This document shows, in pieces, positions 56,651 to 64,000 of a stretch of DNA of 64,000 nucleotides. Source of the stretch: an uncultured Candidatus Saccharibacteria bacterium (GTDB lineage: Bacteria > Patescibacteriota > UBA1384 > XYA2-FULL-43-10 > 1-14-0-10-43-13); NCBI GenBank assembly GCA_964419835.1, contig CAYQPT010000002.1, positions 6,732 through 70,731 on the forward strand. The letters are read 5' to 3'. Under the pieces are notes generated by a model. That model was not told where the DNA came from. It made no database searches and saw only the letters and a list, made by a program, of their open reading frames with translations. A program made the position numbers and the translations under genes. Within the stretch, counting starts at the first letter, position 1, and each line of letters begins with the position of its first letter.

Positions 56651-57670
56651 CTAGAGAGAACCCCTACCTACAATCGCCAATATCAGTCCTGCCACCGCCC
56701 CGACAGCACCTACAATCCAAAAACGCATGGTTATTTTATACTCGGGCCAGCCAATAGCTTCTAAATGATGGTGGAGCGGAGAAGAAAGAAAAATCTTTTT
56801 TCCTCGTAGTTTTTTTGAAGCAAATTGAATAAGAAAGCTAAGTCCTTCAATAAAGAAAACCAGAGTAATTAATGGAAGGGCTATGACAGTATTAGTTAAA
56901 AACGCAACCACGCCCAGCGTCATTCCAAGCGACATACTTCCTGTGTCTCCCATAAAAAACCTTGCCGGGGGAATATTGAACCATAGAAATGCTAAGAGAG
57001 CCCCCATGACTGTAGCACAAAATCCTGCCAAACCGGTTTTTCCTTCGACCAAAGCTATAATAGCGTAAGCTCCATATGCCAAGGCGAAAATCCCTCCTGC
57101 TAGTCCGTCCAATCCATCTGTTTCGTTTGACGCGAAAGCCATCCAAATCAACCCAAAAATAAATAATGGTACATACCAAGCTCCGATCACATAATCACCC
57201 ATATTTGGAACATGAATTGAGTTCCAACCCAGTTTAGAATAAAACCACCAGGCACCAACAGCAGCAATTACTGCATAAAGAAGGAATTTTTGCCGAAAAC
57301 GCATTCCTCCACCATTGGGACCGATACCTTTTACGTTCCACAAATCATCCACTAAGCCAACTATTCCAACCGAAATAAGGCAAAAAAGAGGCAGCCATGT
57401 TGCTGATCGATCAAGGTTAAAAATGAAAGTCAGCACCGCCACCGTAACCCAAATCAATATTCCTCCCATAGTTGGAGTTCCGGCTTTTTTTTCATGCAAT
57501 TTAGCCATAATCGGAGCAGATTTACTATCCCTTATTCTTTTGCCGAGTTTGTTTTTATATAAAAAATTTGTTAGGAGTGGTGTCCAGAGCACTGCAATCA
57601 CAAATGCTAACAACGCCAACCAAAACATCTTTGTAAGCTCGCTCGTCGAAATTTTCAGAATCTCCATCAT
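56651..57670 (-). CDS. mraY: Phospho-N-acetylmuramoyl-pentapeptide transferase
   Basis: GTPTMGG, NETDGLDGL, FMGDTGS, PLHHH motifs. Confidence 0.96.
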   Translation of the reverse strand: MMEILKISTSELTKMFWLALLAFVIAVLWTPLLTNFLYKNKLGKRIRDSKSAPIMAKLHEKKAGTPTMGGILIWVTVAVLTFIFNLDRSATWLPLFCLISVGIVGLVDDLWNVKGIGPNGGGMRFRQKFLLYAVIAAVGAWWFYSKLGWNSIHVPNMGDYVIGAWYVPLFIFGLIWMAFASNETDGLDGLAGGIFALAYGAYAIIALVEGKTGLAGFCATVMGALLAFLWFNIPPARFFMGDTGSMSLGMTLGVVAFLTNTVIALPLITLVFFIEGLSFLIQFASKKLRGKKIFLSSPLHHHLEAIGWPEYKITMRFWIVGAVGAVAGLILAIVGRGSL

Positions 57671-57694
57671 TGTGCTCCTATCAATAAAATATTT

Positions 57695-58954
57695 TTACTT
57701 CTTCCCTTTCCAATCGCTTCCTTGCCTAACAAGCATTTTACCAGCATCTGCTCCATTTTTCATCAACTTTTTTACAATTTCTTCCAAAAAATTATTGTTT
57801 TGCGAAGCTTTTACCAGTATTAGGTCGTCTTTTTTAATAATTTTTTGGAGATCAACAGCCAAATCATTTCTCGAGGCAAATGCGAAGCTATCCTTCATTC
57901 CGTAAGCTTCCTGCATCACTCCCGCATTTTTTCCGACAAAAACAGCAAGATCACATTTTCCTATTAAAAATCGGGCAAGCTCACGATGAGCATCTTTCTC
58001 ATGTTCACCAAGCTCATTCATATTACCCAAAATGGCTACTTTTCTGTGTTGATATTTAACTTCATTTAAAAAAGCAACTGCCATTTTTGCTGAAGCAGGA
58101 TTGGAATTATATGTATCGTCAAGAATCACTGTATTATTTTTTCCTTCAACTACATTCAATCTTCCGGGAAGGGGATGCATTTTTTCCAAAGATTTACTGG
58201 CTTCCACCAACGGCATCTTCATTAAATCGGCCAGAGCAATTGAAAACATTTGAGCATACACCATCTGGTTGCCCAGAAGCTTTGATTTAACAGAGAGTTT
58301 ATATCCTGTTTTACAAATCCGGTAATCGGTTCCGAGGAGTGAAAGTTGAATGCTTTCAGCCCTGTATTGCGATTTTATATTTTCTATCCCAACTGAAATA
58401 ATGTTGTCATTACTTATCTTGGAAAGATTTGGATCGTCATAATTAAGAATGGCCTTCCCGCCCTCCTTGAGACAGCCAATGATAGATATTTTTTCTTCTC
58501 GGTATTTATCTACATTCTGAAAATTTACCACATGCGCTGGTGAAGTTGAGGTAATAACAGCGATATCCGGCTCTACGATAGAGCAAAAGTATTTAATATC
58601 GCCTAAATGTTCTACTCCCATTTCCAAAACCAAGTATTTGGGATAAATTTTCGGGTTGGTTCTAAATTTTGCTAATAACAAAAATATCGGCCACATTATT
58701 TTATTTGGCAAGCTCTCATATCCAAGTATGGTTAAAGGAATGCCAATTTCCGCATTTAAATTACCATAGTTCTTCCTGACATCTTCTCCATACTTGTCAT
58801 GCAAGACCTGATAAATTGCCTCTTTGGTACTGGTTTTGCCAACCGATCCGGTAACTGCGATCACAAATGGATTGTGTTTTGCAATCACTTTTCGGGCATA
58901 AGAAGCGAGCACCTTATAAATTATTTTAAGAAAAATATTTTTCATGAAATCCAA
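57695..58954 (-). CDS. murF: MurF ligase
   Basis: TGSVGKTSTK, N.EIG.PL, DDTYNSNP, LGNM.ELG, LVKAS motifs. Confidence 0.92.
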   Translation of the reverse strand: MDFMKNIFLKIIYKVLASYARKVIAKHNPFVIAVTGSVGKTSTKEAIYQVLHDKYGEDVRKNYGNLNAEIGIPLTILGYESLPNKIMWPIFLLLAKFRTNPKIYPKYLVLEMGVEHLGDIKYFCSIVEPDIAVITSTSPAHVVNFQNVDKYREEKISIIGCLKEGGKAILNYDDPNLSKISNDNIISVGIENIKSQYRAESIQLSLLGTDYRICKTGYKLSVKSKLLGNQMVYAQMFSIALADLMKMPLVEASKSLEKMHPLPGRLNVVEGKNNTVILDDTYNSNPASAKMAVAFLNEVKYQHRKVAILGNMNELGEHEKDAHRELARFLIGKCDLAVFVGKNAGVMQEAYGMKDSFAFASRNDLAVDLQKIIKKDDLILVKASQNNNFLEEIVKKLMKNGADAGKMLVRQGSDWKGKK

Positions 58955-58957
58955 TTT

Positions 58958-60712
58958 TTATTGTATGGGCCTTGTCGGCGTTTCCCTATAATAATAATTT
59001 AACAAAAATGAGGCAATTTCGCCAAATACAGGAGCGGCAGTGTCTTCTGCATACCTATTAGTTTTGGGTTTGTCTAACTTAACAAGCATAGCGAATCTTG
59101 GGTTATCAGTTGGAGCAAATCCAGCTAAAGAGTGGATAAATATCCCGAGTCCCGATTCACTCTCTTCATAACCGCCTTCCGGTTTTGGTATCTGCGCCGT
59201 GCCTGTCTTGGCTCCAATTTTAAAACCGGGAACTTTCGCTTTCTTACTATGACCATTTTCAACCACATTAAACAGCATCTCAGCCATCGTTGAGGCAGTT
59301 TCCGGCTTAATTATCTGTTCACCCTCTTGTGTCTCGACTTTTTTTTCTGTTCCATCTGCAAATACCATTTTATCAACGATATGCGGATAAACATACTTTC
59401 CCTTGTTGCCAATCGCCGCATAAGCCGCCACAAGCTCTATTGGCGACACTGAAATACCTTGACCAAAAGAAATCGTCGCTCGGTGAATGTCGCGCCAGTT
59501 TTTCAATGCCGGAGCATATCCTGAAACCTCCGAATCGAGATCTATACCCGTTTTATTTAAGAAATTAAATCCATCTATGTATTTATACATGTTTTCTTTC
59601 CCAAGCTGTTCACCAATCCAGACCATTGCAACATTGTCAGAATTCTGAAGCACTTGAGTCATGTTTTCCTCTCCGAACGCTTTTCTTTCCGCAGTTTTTA
59701 TCTCGTAGTTCTGGACAAATACATGCCAGTCAAAAGTATTTTTTGTTTCAGGGGTAATTACACCTTGATCAAGCGCTGCCGACATAATAATCGGCTTAAA
59801 AATGCTTCCCGGCTCGTACAAGTGAGCAATCGCTGGATTAACAAAAACCCCCGGATTGCTTTTTGCTGCATCCTGAAAGACATTTGGATCATAGGTCGGT
59901 GAACTTGCCATTGCGACAATACCGCCCGTCTTAGTATCCATTACAGCAATCGTACCGGAGTCTGCCTGAAACTTTTGAATCGCTTCATTCAATTTCTTTT
60001 CGACAAAGAATTGGACCGATCTATCGATTGTTAACACATAACTTGTTCCATCTTTTGGATCCTTTTGATCAAGCAAGTTAATAACTCTCCCCAAAGTGTC
60101 TTTCTCCCCTGTGATATTACCAGCCGTTCCCGTGAGTTCGCTATTGTAATGCCCCTCAAAACCATACTGGCCTTTCCCATCTGAATTCACAAACCCAAGT
60201 AACTGTGATGCCAACTGACCCTCGGGGTAATACCTACTATATTCAGGCATTACAAAAACACCTACAATTTTCTGGTCCTTAATTTTTGTTGCCTCATCCA
60301 AAGATAAACCTCTCTTGATTGGAGGGATATAGAGCTTATCATTATCTATCTTGTCAAAAATATCTTTTGACGGCATACCAAGAGGCCCTTCAAGCAGTTT
60401 TGCCGTTTCCTCCTTTTTTGATATCTGATGAGGAACAAGCCAGACGGCAAACTTTTTGACATCGAAAGCCAATGTATAATAGTCATTTGGATCAGAAAAA
60501 GAGTCATGGACCAAAACTTTTCCGCGCTGAGCCATCTCAACTTTCTCGAATCTCTGTTGTCCTTGGGCCAAGGCAATATAGTGATCATGCTTTATAATTT
60601 GAATATCAAACATCCTCCAGCACAAAACCAGAGCAACTAACACGACAATAACGCCCATAGCTCTGAGGCGTCTCTCGATTGTCCCTTTATATTCCAGCAT
60701 ATTGAAGCTCAC
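58958..60712 (-). CDS. ftsI: Class B penicillin-binding protein (FtsI-like)
   Basis: R.YP.G, LTID, EPGSIFK, SDN, KTGTAQ motifs; dcw position. Confidence 0.9.
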   Translation of the reverse strand: MSFNMLEYKGTIERRLRAMGVIVVLVALVLCWRMFDIQIIKHDHYIALAQGQQRFEKVEMAQRGKVLVHDSFSDPNDYYTLAFDVKKFAVWLVPHQISKKEETAKLLEGPLGMPSKDIFDKIDNDKLYIPPIKRGLSLDEATKIKDQKIVGVFVMPEYSRYYPEGQLASQLLGFVNSDGKGQYGFEGHYNSELTGTAGNITGEKDTLGRVINLLDQKDPKDGTSYVLTIDRSVQFFVEKKLNEAIQKFQADSGTIAVMDTKTGGIVAMASSPTYDPNVFQDAAKSNPGVFVNPAIAHLYEPGSIFKPIIMSAALDQGVITPETKNTFDWHVFVQNYEIKTAERKAFGEENMTQVLQNSDNVAMVWIGEQLGKENMYKYIDGFNFLNKTGIDLDSEVSGYAPALKNWRDIHRATISFGQGISVSPIELVAAYAAIGNKGKYVYPHIVDKMVFADGTEKKVETQEGEQIIKPETASTMAEMLFNVVENGHSKKAKVPGFKIGAKTGTAQIPKPEGGYEESESGLGIFIHSLAGFAPTDNPRFAMLVKLDKPKTNRYAEDTAAPVFGEIASFLLNYYYRETPTRPIQ

Positions 60713-60874
60713 ACGGGCTTTTGACCGTGAAATCTCTTTTAAATGATCTCGTAACCTATTTTAATGAGCTGAAATCCGTCGCAGCAAAATTAGCACAAAT
60801 ATTTCCGGCCACTCGGATCCTTGAGTTTTGCTCAAGGAATTTTGCGGAGGCGGACAAGGCCATTATATTATTGT

Positions 60875-61249
60875 TCAGTTTGAGGTTGCAACAGGAGCTG
60901 GCGAATTTATATGGTCTACGGTTGTTCCCGGCTCCAGCACAGCAGTTTGCTCCGGTTTCACTACCCCCGCATCAATTTCCTTTAATGACTGCAATCTTGT
61001 TTGTTCAACAGATAAACGCTCCTTTTCCATCTCAAGCTGTGTTTTTTTGTCATCTAATGCCCCGACCTTCACACTTCTGTTCGCACCGGCGGTCGATTGA
61101 GTCAAATAAACTAGTGCTAGAATTGCAAAAATTGCGATAGCCACAAATTTTATTGCATTCGGTCCGATAACAATTTCACGTCCAATAGTTTTTTTTCTAA
61201 CTCCGGCCAGATTGTGGCTACTATTTGTGATTGTCAGAACTCTACCCAT
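60875..61249 (-). CDS. ftsL: FtsL-like bitopic protein
   Basis: TM + leucine-zipper-like coil; GGAGG RBS before ATG 61249; upstream of ftsI. Confidence 0.6.
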   Translation of the reverse strand: MGRVLTITNSSHNLAGVRKKTIGREIVIGPNAIKFVAIAIFAILALVYLTQSTAGANRSVKVGALDDKKTQLEMEKERLSVEQTRLQSLKEIDAGVVKPEQTAVLEPGTTVDHINSPAPVATSN

Positions 61250-61289
61250 TTTCCTCCTGCCAATAATTAACAAAATCAGGAATCGAATC

Positions 61290-61529
61290 TTCCATAAATC
61301 AGTAGCCAACTTGTTTGTTTTTTTAAACCCTAACCAAGTTTTTGTTTTCGAGCACAACTTTTTACAATAGTCGCGAGATCCCTCCGAAGCGAAGTTTCGT
61401 TTGTGAACCCATAGGTTTCGAGACGAACCTGAGCGAAGGGGGATGAGCGCAACACCTCTCCTTTGTTTGCTCCGATGAACCATCGGAGCCCTCCTCCGTG
61501 AATTTTTTGTTGGCTACTTATTTTTGGAA
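61290..61529. mobile_element. MITE-like ~240-bp element with terminal inverted repeats
   Basis: ttccataaatcagtagccaac vs gttggctacttatttttggaa (19/21 match); internal hairpins. Confidence 0.55.
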
Positions 61530-61555
61530 AATTTTAAAGTACGATCTGATAAACT

Positions 61556-61987
61556 TTAGAAACCGATTTCAGAAAGCTGCTCTGCAATCTCTTCTGAATT
61601 GTCTTCCATTTCCTTCTTAAACTCGCCCCATTTGTCTTCCGGCCAAATCTCCAACCTGTTATACATACCGGCAACAATAACCTTGTTTTTAACTCCGGCG
61701 TATTCCTTCAGATAATTGGGCAAATTGATTCTTCCTAGCTTGTCTAGCTTTAAATCCATTGCTCCTGAAAGCATTAATCTTGAGAAACTTCTGGCATTTT
61801 TTTGAGTTATGGGAAGGTTTGCCAAGCTCTCCGCAATTTTCTGCCATTCATTCGTCGGATAAAGCCAAAGGCAATGATCCAATCCTCTGGTTACAATGCA
61901 TCCTTCAGAAAGAGAAGCCCTAAACTTTGCCGGAACCGATAAGCGCCCCTTTTCATCAATTGTGTATGAATATTCACCGATAAACAT
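61556..61987 (-). CDS. mraZ: Transcriptional regulator MraZ
   Basis: MFIGEY..TID.KGR..P, D.LGRI.LP, LEIW motifs. Confidence 0.96.
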   Translation of the reverse strand: MFIGEYSYTIDEKGRLSVPAKFRASLSEGCIVTRGLDHCLWLYPTNEWQKIAESLANLPITQKNARSFSRLMLSGAMDLKLDKLGRINLPNYLKEYAGVKNKVIVAGMYNRLEIWPEDKWGEFKKEMEDNSEEIAEQLSEIGF

Positions 61988-62059
61988 GTTATTAGGGTTA
62001 GCTTATTAGATTTTTTTGTGTTTGTTTTAGATCTTTTTATTTTGAGAGGGCATTATTTT

Positions 62060-62084
62060 CCACTTTTACCCACTTTGTCCCACT
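62060..62084 (-). promoter_or_regulatory. MraZ-binding direct repeats
   Basis: Minus strand AGTGGGACAA-AGTGGGTAAA-AGTGG: three GTGG(G) boxes at 10-nt spacing upstream of mraZ. Confidence 0.8.
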
Positions 62085-62194
62085 AATTACCAGTTTAGAG
62101 CTAAGTCACCTTTCGGTCAACACCACCCTTCACCACAAATTTGTGGACAACAATAACAAACACCAGTTTAAATAGTTCAGAACTTAATAATTAT

Positions 62195-62230
62195 AAAAAA
62201 ATCAGCCCAATTTTGGGGCTGATTTTTTTA
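62195..62230 (-). terminator. Intrinsic terminator after glyS
   Basis: aaaaaaatcagccc...gggctgattttttt. Confidence 0.7.
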
Positions 62231-62251
62231 AGAATTTATATAGAATTACAT

Positions 62252-63613
62252 TTACTTCAATTGACTTGAAATATGGTCCACGATTTTAGAAATATCAATT
62301 CGTTCTTGTTTCATGGTATCGCGGTCCCGGATAGTAACTGTTTTGTCCTTTATCGAATCAAAATCAACTGTAATACACCAAGGCGTACCGATTTCATCCT
62401 GTCGGCGATATCGCTTCCCTACCGAGCCACTTTCATCATAATAAGTATGAATTCCCGCCTTTCGTAAATTTCCAGCAATTTCTTTTGCGATCTCGGGCAT
62501 CCCTTCCTTCTTCATCAGCGGAAAAACCGCTACCTTGACCGGAGCTAGCTTTGGGTGCAAGTGAAGTGTAACTTCACCCTCTGCCCTGCCATCCTTACCA
62601 TCTGACTCATCGTAGGCGTCAACCAAGAAGGCCAAAGCGGCTCGGTCTATACCCATTGACGGCTCAACTACATATGGAGTCAATTTTTCCCCTCCGCCAG
62701 CTGGCGGATCATCATTAAAGTATTCAAGGTTGTGCGCCTTTAAGTCAAAATCAGTTCTCTGAGCGATTCCTGCCAGTTCCGATACACCGAAGGGAAAACT
62801 ATATTCAATGTCGCTTGTACCGGCAGAGTAATGAGATAATTCTTCTTTTGCATGTTCTCGAATTGAAATATTTTCTTTGTTTATGCCGAGACTGGTATAG
62901 AAGCTTTCGACTTCTTTAATCCAAAATTCATACCACTTTTTCGATTCCTCTTTGTCCGGCTTTATGAAAAATTCAATTTCGGCTTGTTCAAATTCGCGAG
63001 TGCGGAAGATGAAGTTCCCTGGGGTAATTTCATTTCTAAAGGCCTTGCCTATCTGAGCAATACCAAAGGGCAATTTTACTCGGTTGGATTGCATTACATT
63101 TTGGAAGTTAATAAATATGCCTTGTGCAGTTTCCGGTCGCAAATAAGCAACCGAGGCCGAGTCTTCACTAACACCAATGAAAGTTTTAAACATCAAATTA
63201 AAGTTTTTGGCTTCAGTAAACTCGTGTTCTTCCGCGCCCTTACAATAAAGCATCTCTTTCTGTTCTGAAGTTTTGTTCTCCGATGTCTTTGCCCCTTCTA
63301 CATGGTCAGCGCGAAAACGCTTGTGACATTTTTTACATTCAACCAACGGGTCTGAAAAAGATTTTAAGTGGCCACTCGCCTCCCAGACTTTTGGGTTTTG
63401 GATAATGGCTGAATCAAGCCCAACCATGTCGTCCCGCTCTGTTACAAATTTTTGCCACCAAACATCTTTAATATTTTTCTTTAGTTGCGCGCCAAGCGGA
63501 CCGTAATCAAAAGAATTGGCAAAACCGCCGTAAATTTCCGAAGAGGGAAAAACAAATCCTCGCCTCTTGCAAAGTGAGATTATTTTTTCCATTTGATTAT
63601 TTTTCTCAGCCAT
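62252..63613 (-). CDS. glyS: Glycine--tRNA ligase (alpha2 type)
   Basis: KRRGF..SSEIYGG, YLRPETAQG, FRNEI, GKRYRRQDEIGTP motifs. Confidence 0.97.
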   Translation of the reverse strand: MAEKNNQMEKIISLCKRRGFVFPSSEIYGGFANSFDYGPLGAQLKKNIKDVWWQKFVTERDDMVGLDSAIIQNPKVWEASGHLKSFSDPLVECKKCHKRFRADHVEGAKTSENKTSEQKEMLYCKGAEEHEFTEAKNFNLMFKTFIGVSEDSASVAYLRPETAQGIFINFQNVMQSNRVKLPFGIAQIGKAFRNEITPGNFIFRTREFEQAEIEFFIKPDKEESKKWYEFWIKEVESFYTSLGINKENISIREHAKEELSHYSAGTSDIEYSFPFGVSELAGIAQRTDFDLKAHNLEYFNDDPPAGGGEKLTPYVVEPSMGIDRAALAFLVDAYDESDGKDGRAEGEVTLHLHPKLAPVKVAVFPLMKKEGMPEIAKEIAGNLRKAGIHTYYDESGSVGKRYRRQDEIGTPWCITVDFDSIKDKTVTIRDRDTMKQERIDISKIVDHISSQLK

Positions 63614-63708
63614 AATATTCCTTAAGCGCTTATTTACTTATTCACTTACAACTTACTACTTATCCATCTTACTCTACAATTTTTTACTCTTTTTTTCAAT
63701 GACAAACG

Positions 63709-64000
63709 CTAATTAACCATTCTCATAAAACTCATGCTCTTTATCTCCCGCTCCAAAATAGATTTGATATAATTCGATAAAATGTTCTCTGCCTCCTCTT
63801 TGATCGGTTTTTTGATATTTAATCGCTCGATAACAGAAAAGTCACTTTGCTCAATTAAGCGAAATAATTTTATTAAATCATTCGAGATCGGCTTGCCATG
63901 ATGAGTTTTTTCTTGGCAGGAGGCACAAACCACCCCGCCCTCTACCGCATCCCAAAAATTTTTTCCAGGGGCTAATTTTTCTTTACAATGAACACAGCCA
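63709..64000 (-). CDS. recO: DNA repair protein RecO, C-terminal part (runs off window)
   Basis: C..C...GGVVCASC zinc motif and C-terminal LEREIKS; recO-glyS synteny. Confidence 0.75.
   Translation of the reverse strand, partial: GCVHCKEKLAPGKNFWDAVEGGVVCASCQEKTHHGKPISNDLIKLFRLIEQSDFSVIERLNIKKPIKEEAENILSNYIKSILEREIKSMSFMRMVN

Noticed and set aside
61250-61483. Long N-terminal extension of the FtsL-like ORF
   Set aside because: Runs through the hairpin element; a strong RBS supports the start at 61249.
1-64000. Genome-wide TGA recoding (code 25 or 4)
   Set aside because: Conserved genes such as ftsW, murD and maf end at TGA at expected lengths, and no conserved gene is broken by TGA.

Overview
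AT-rich bacterial chromosome window (genetic code 11) whose gene content points to Patescibacteria/CPR (inference). It contains: (i) a ~20 kb minus-strand type IV pilus locus (2.3-22.1 kb) with several pilins, pilD, pilC, pilT, a split pilB, pilO/pilN-like genes and three large secreted adhesin-like proteins, with trpS embedded; (ii) two ABC-2 exporters, rpmB, holB-ricT; (iii) a Thr-Tyr-Thr-rpmG-Trp cluster, tRNA-Pro and a probable 6S RNA; (iv) argS, tyrS, class A PBP, radA, recJ, maf, mazG; (v) a dcw cluster lacking rsmH, then glyS and partial recO. Most unusual signal: two nested tRNA loci. A complete tRNA-Trp and a complete tRNA-Thr each sit inside the anticodon region of a disrupted outer tRNA of the same type, clamped by inverted repeats that overlap the inner CCA end. 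Also notable: a heptamer-periodic inverted-repeat element found once around a four-helix-bundle gene and twice empty in the pilus locus; three 30-36 bp perfect palindromes, two bracketing a TrpR-like gene; and many miniature palindromic insertions, some with target-site duplications and one translated inside GlyRS. All calls were made by eye; no database searches were run.
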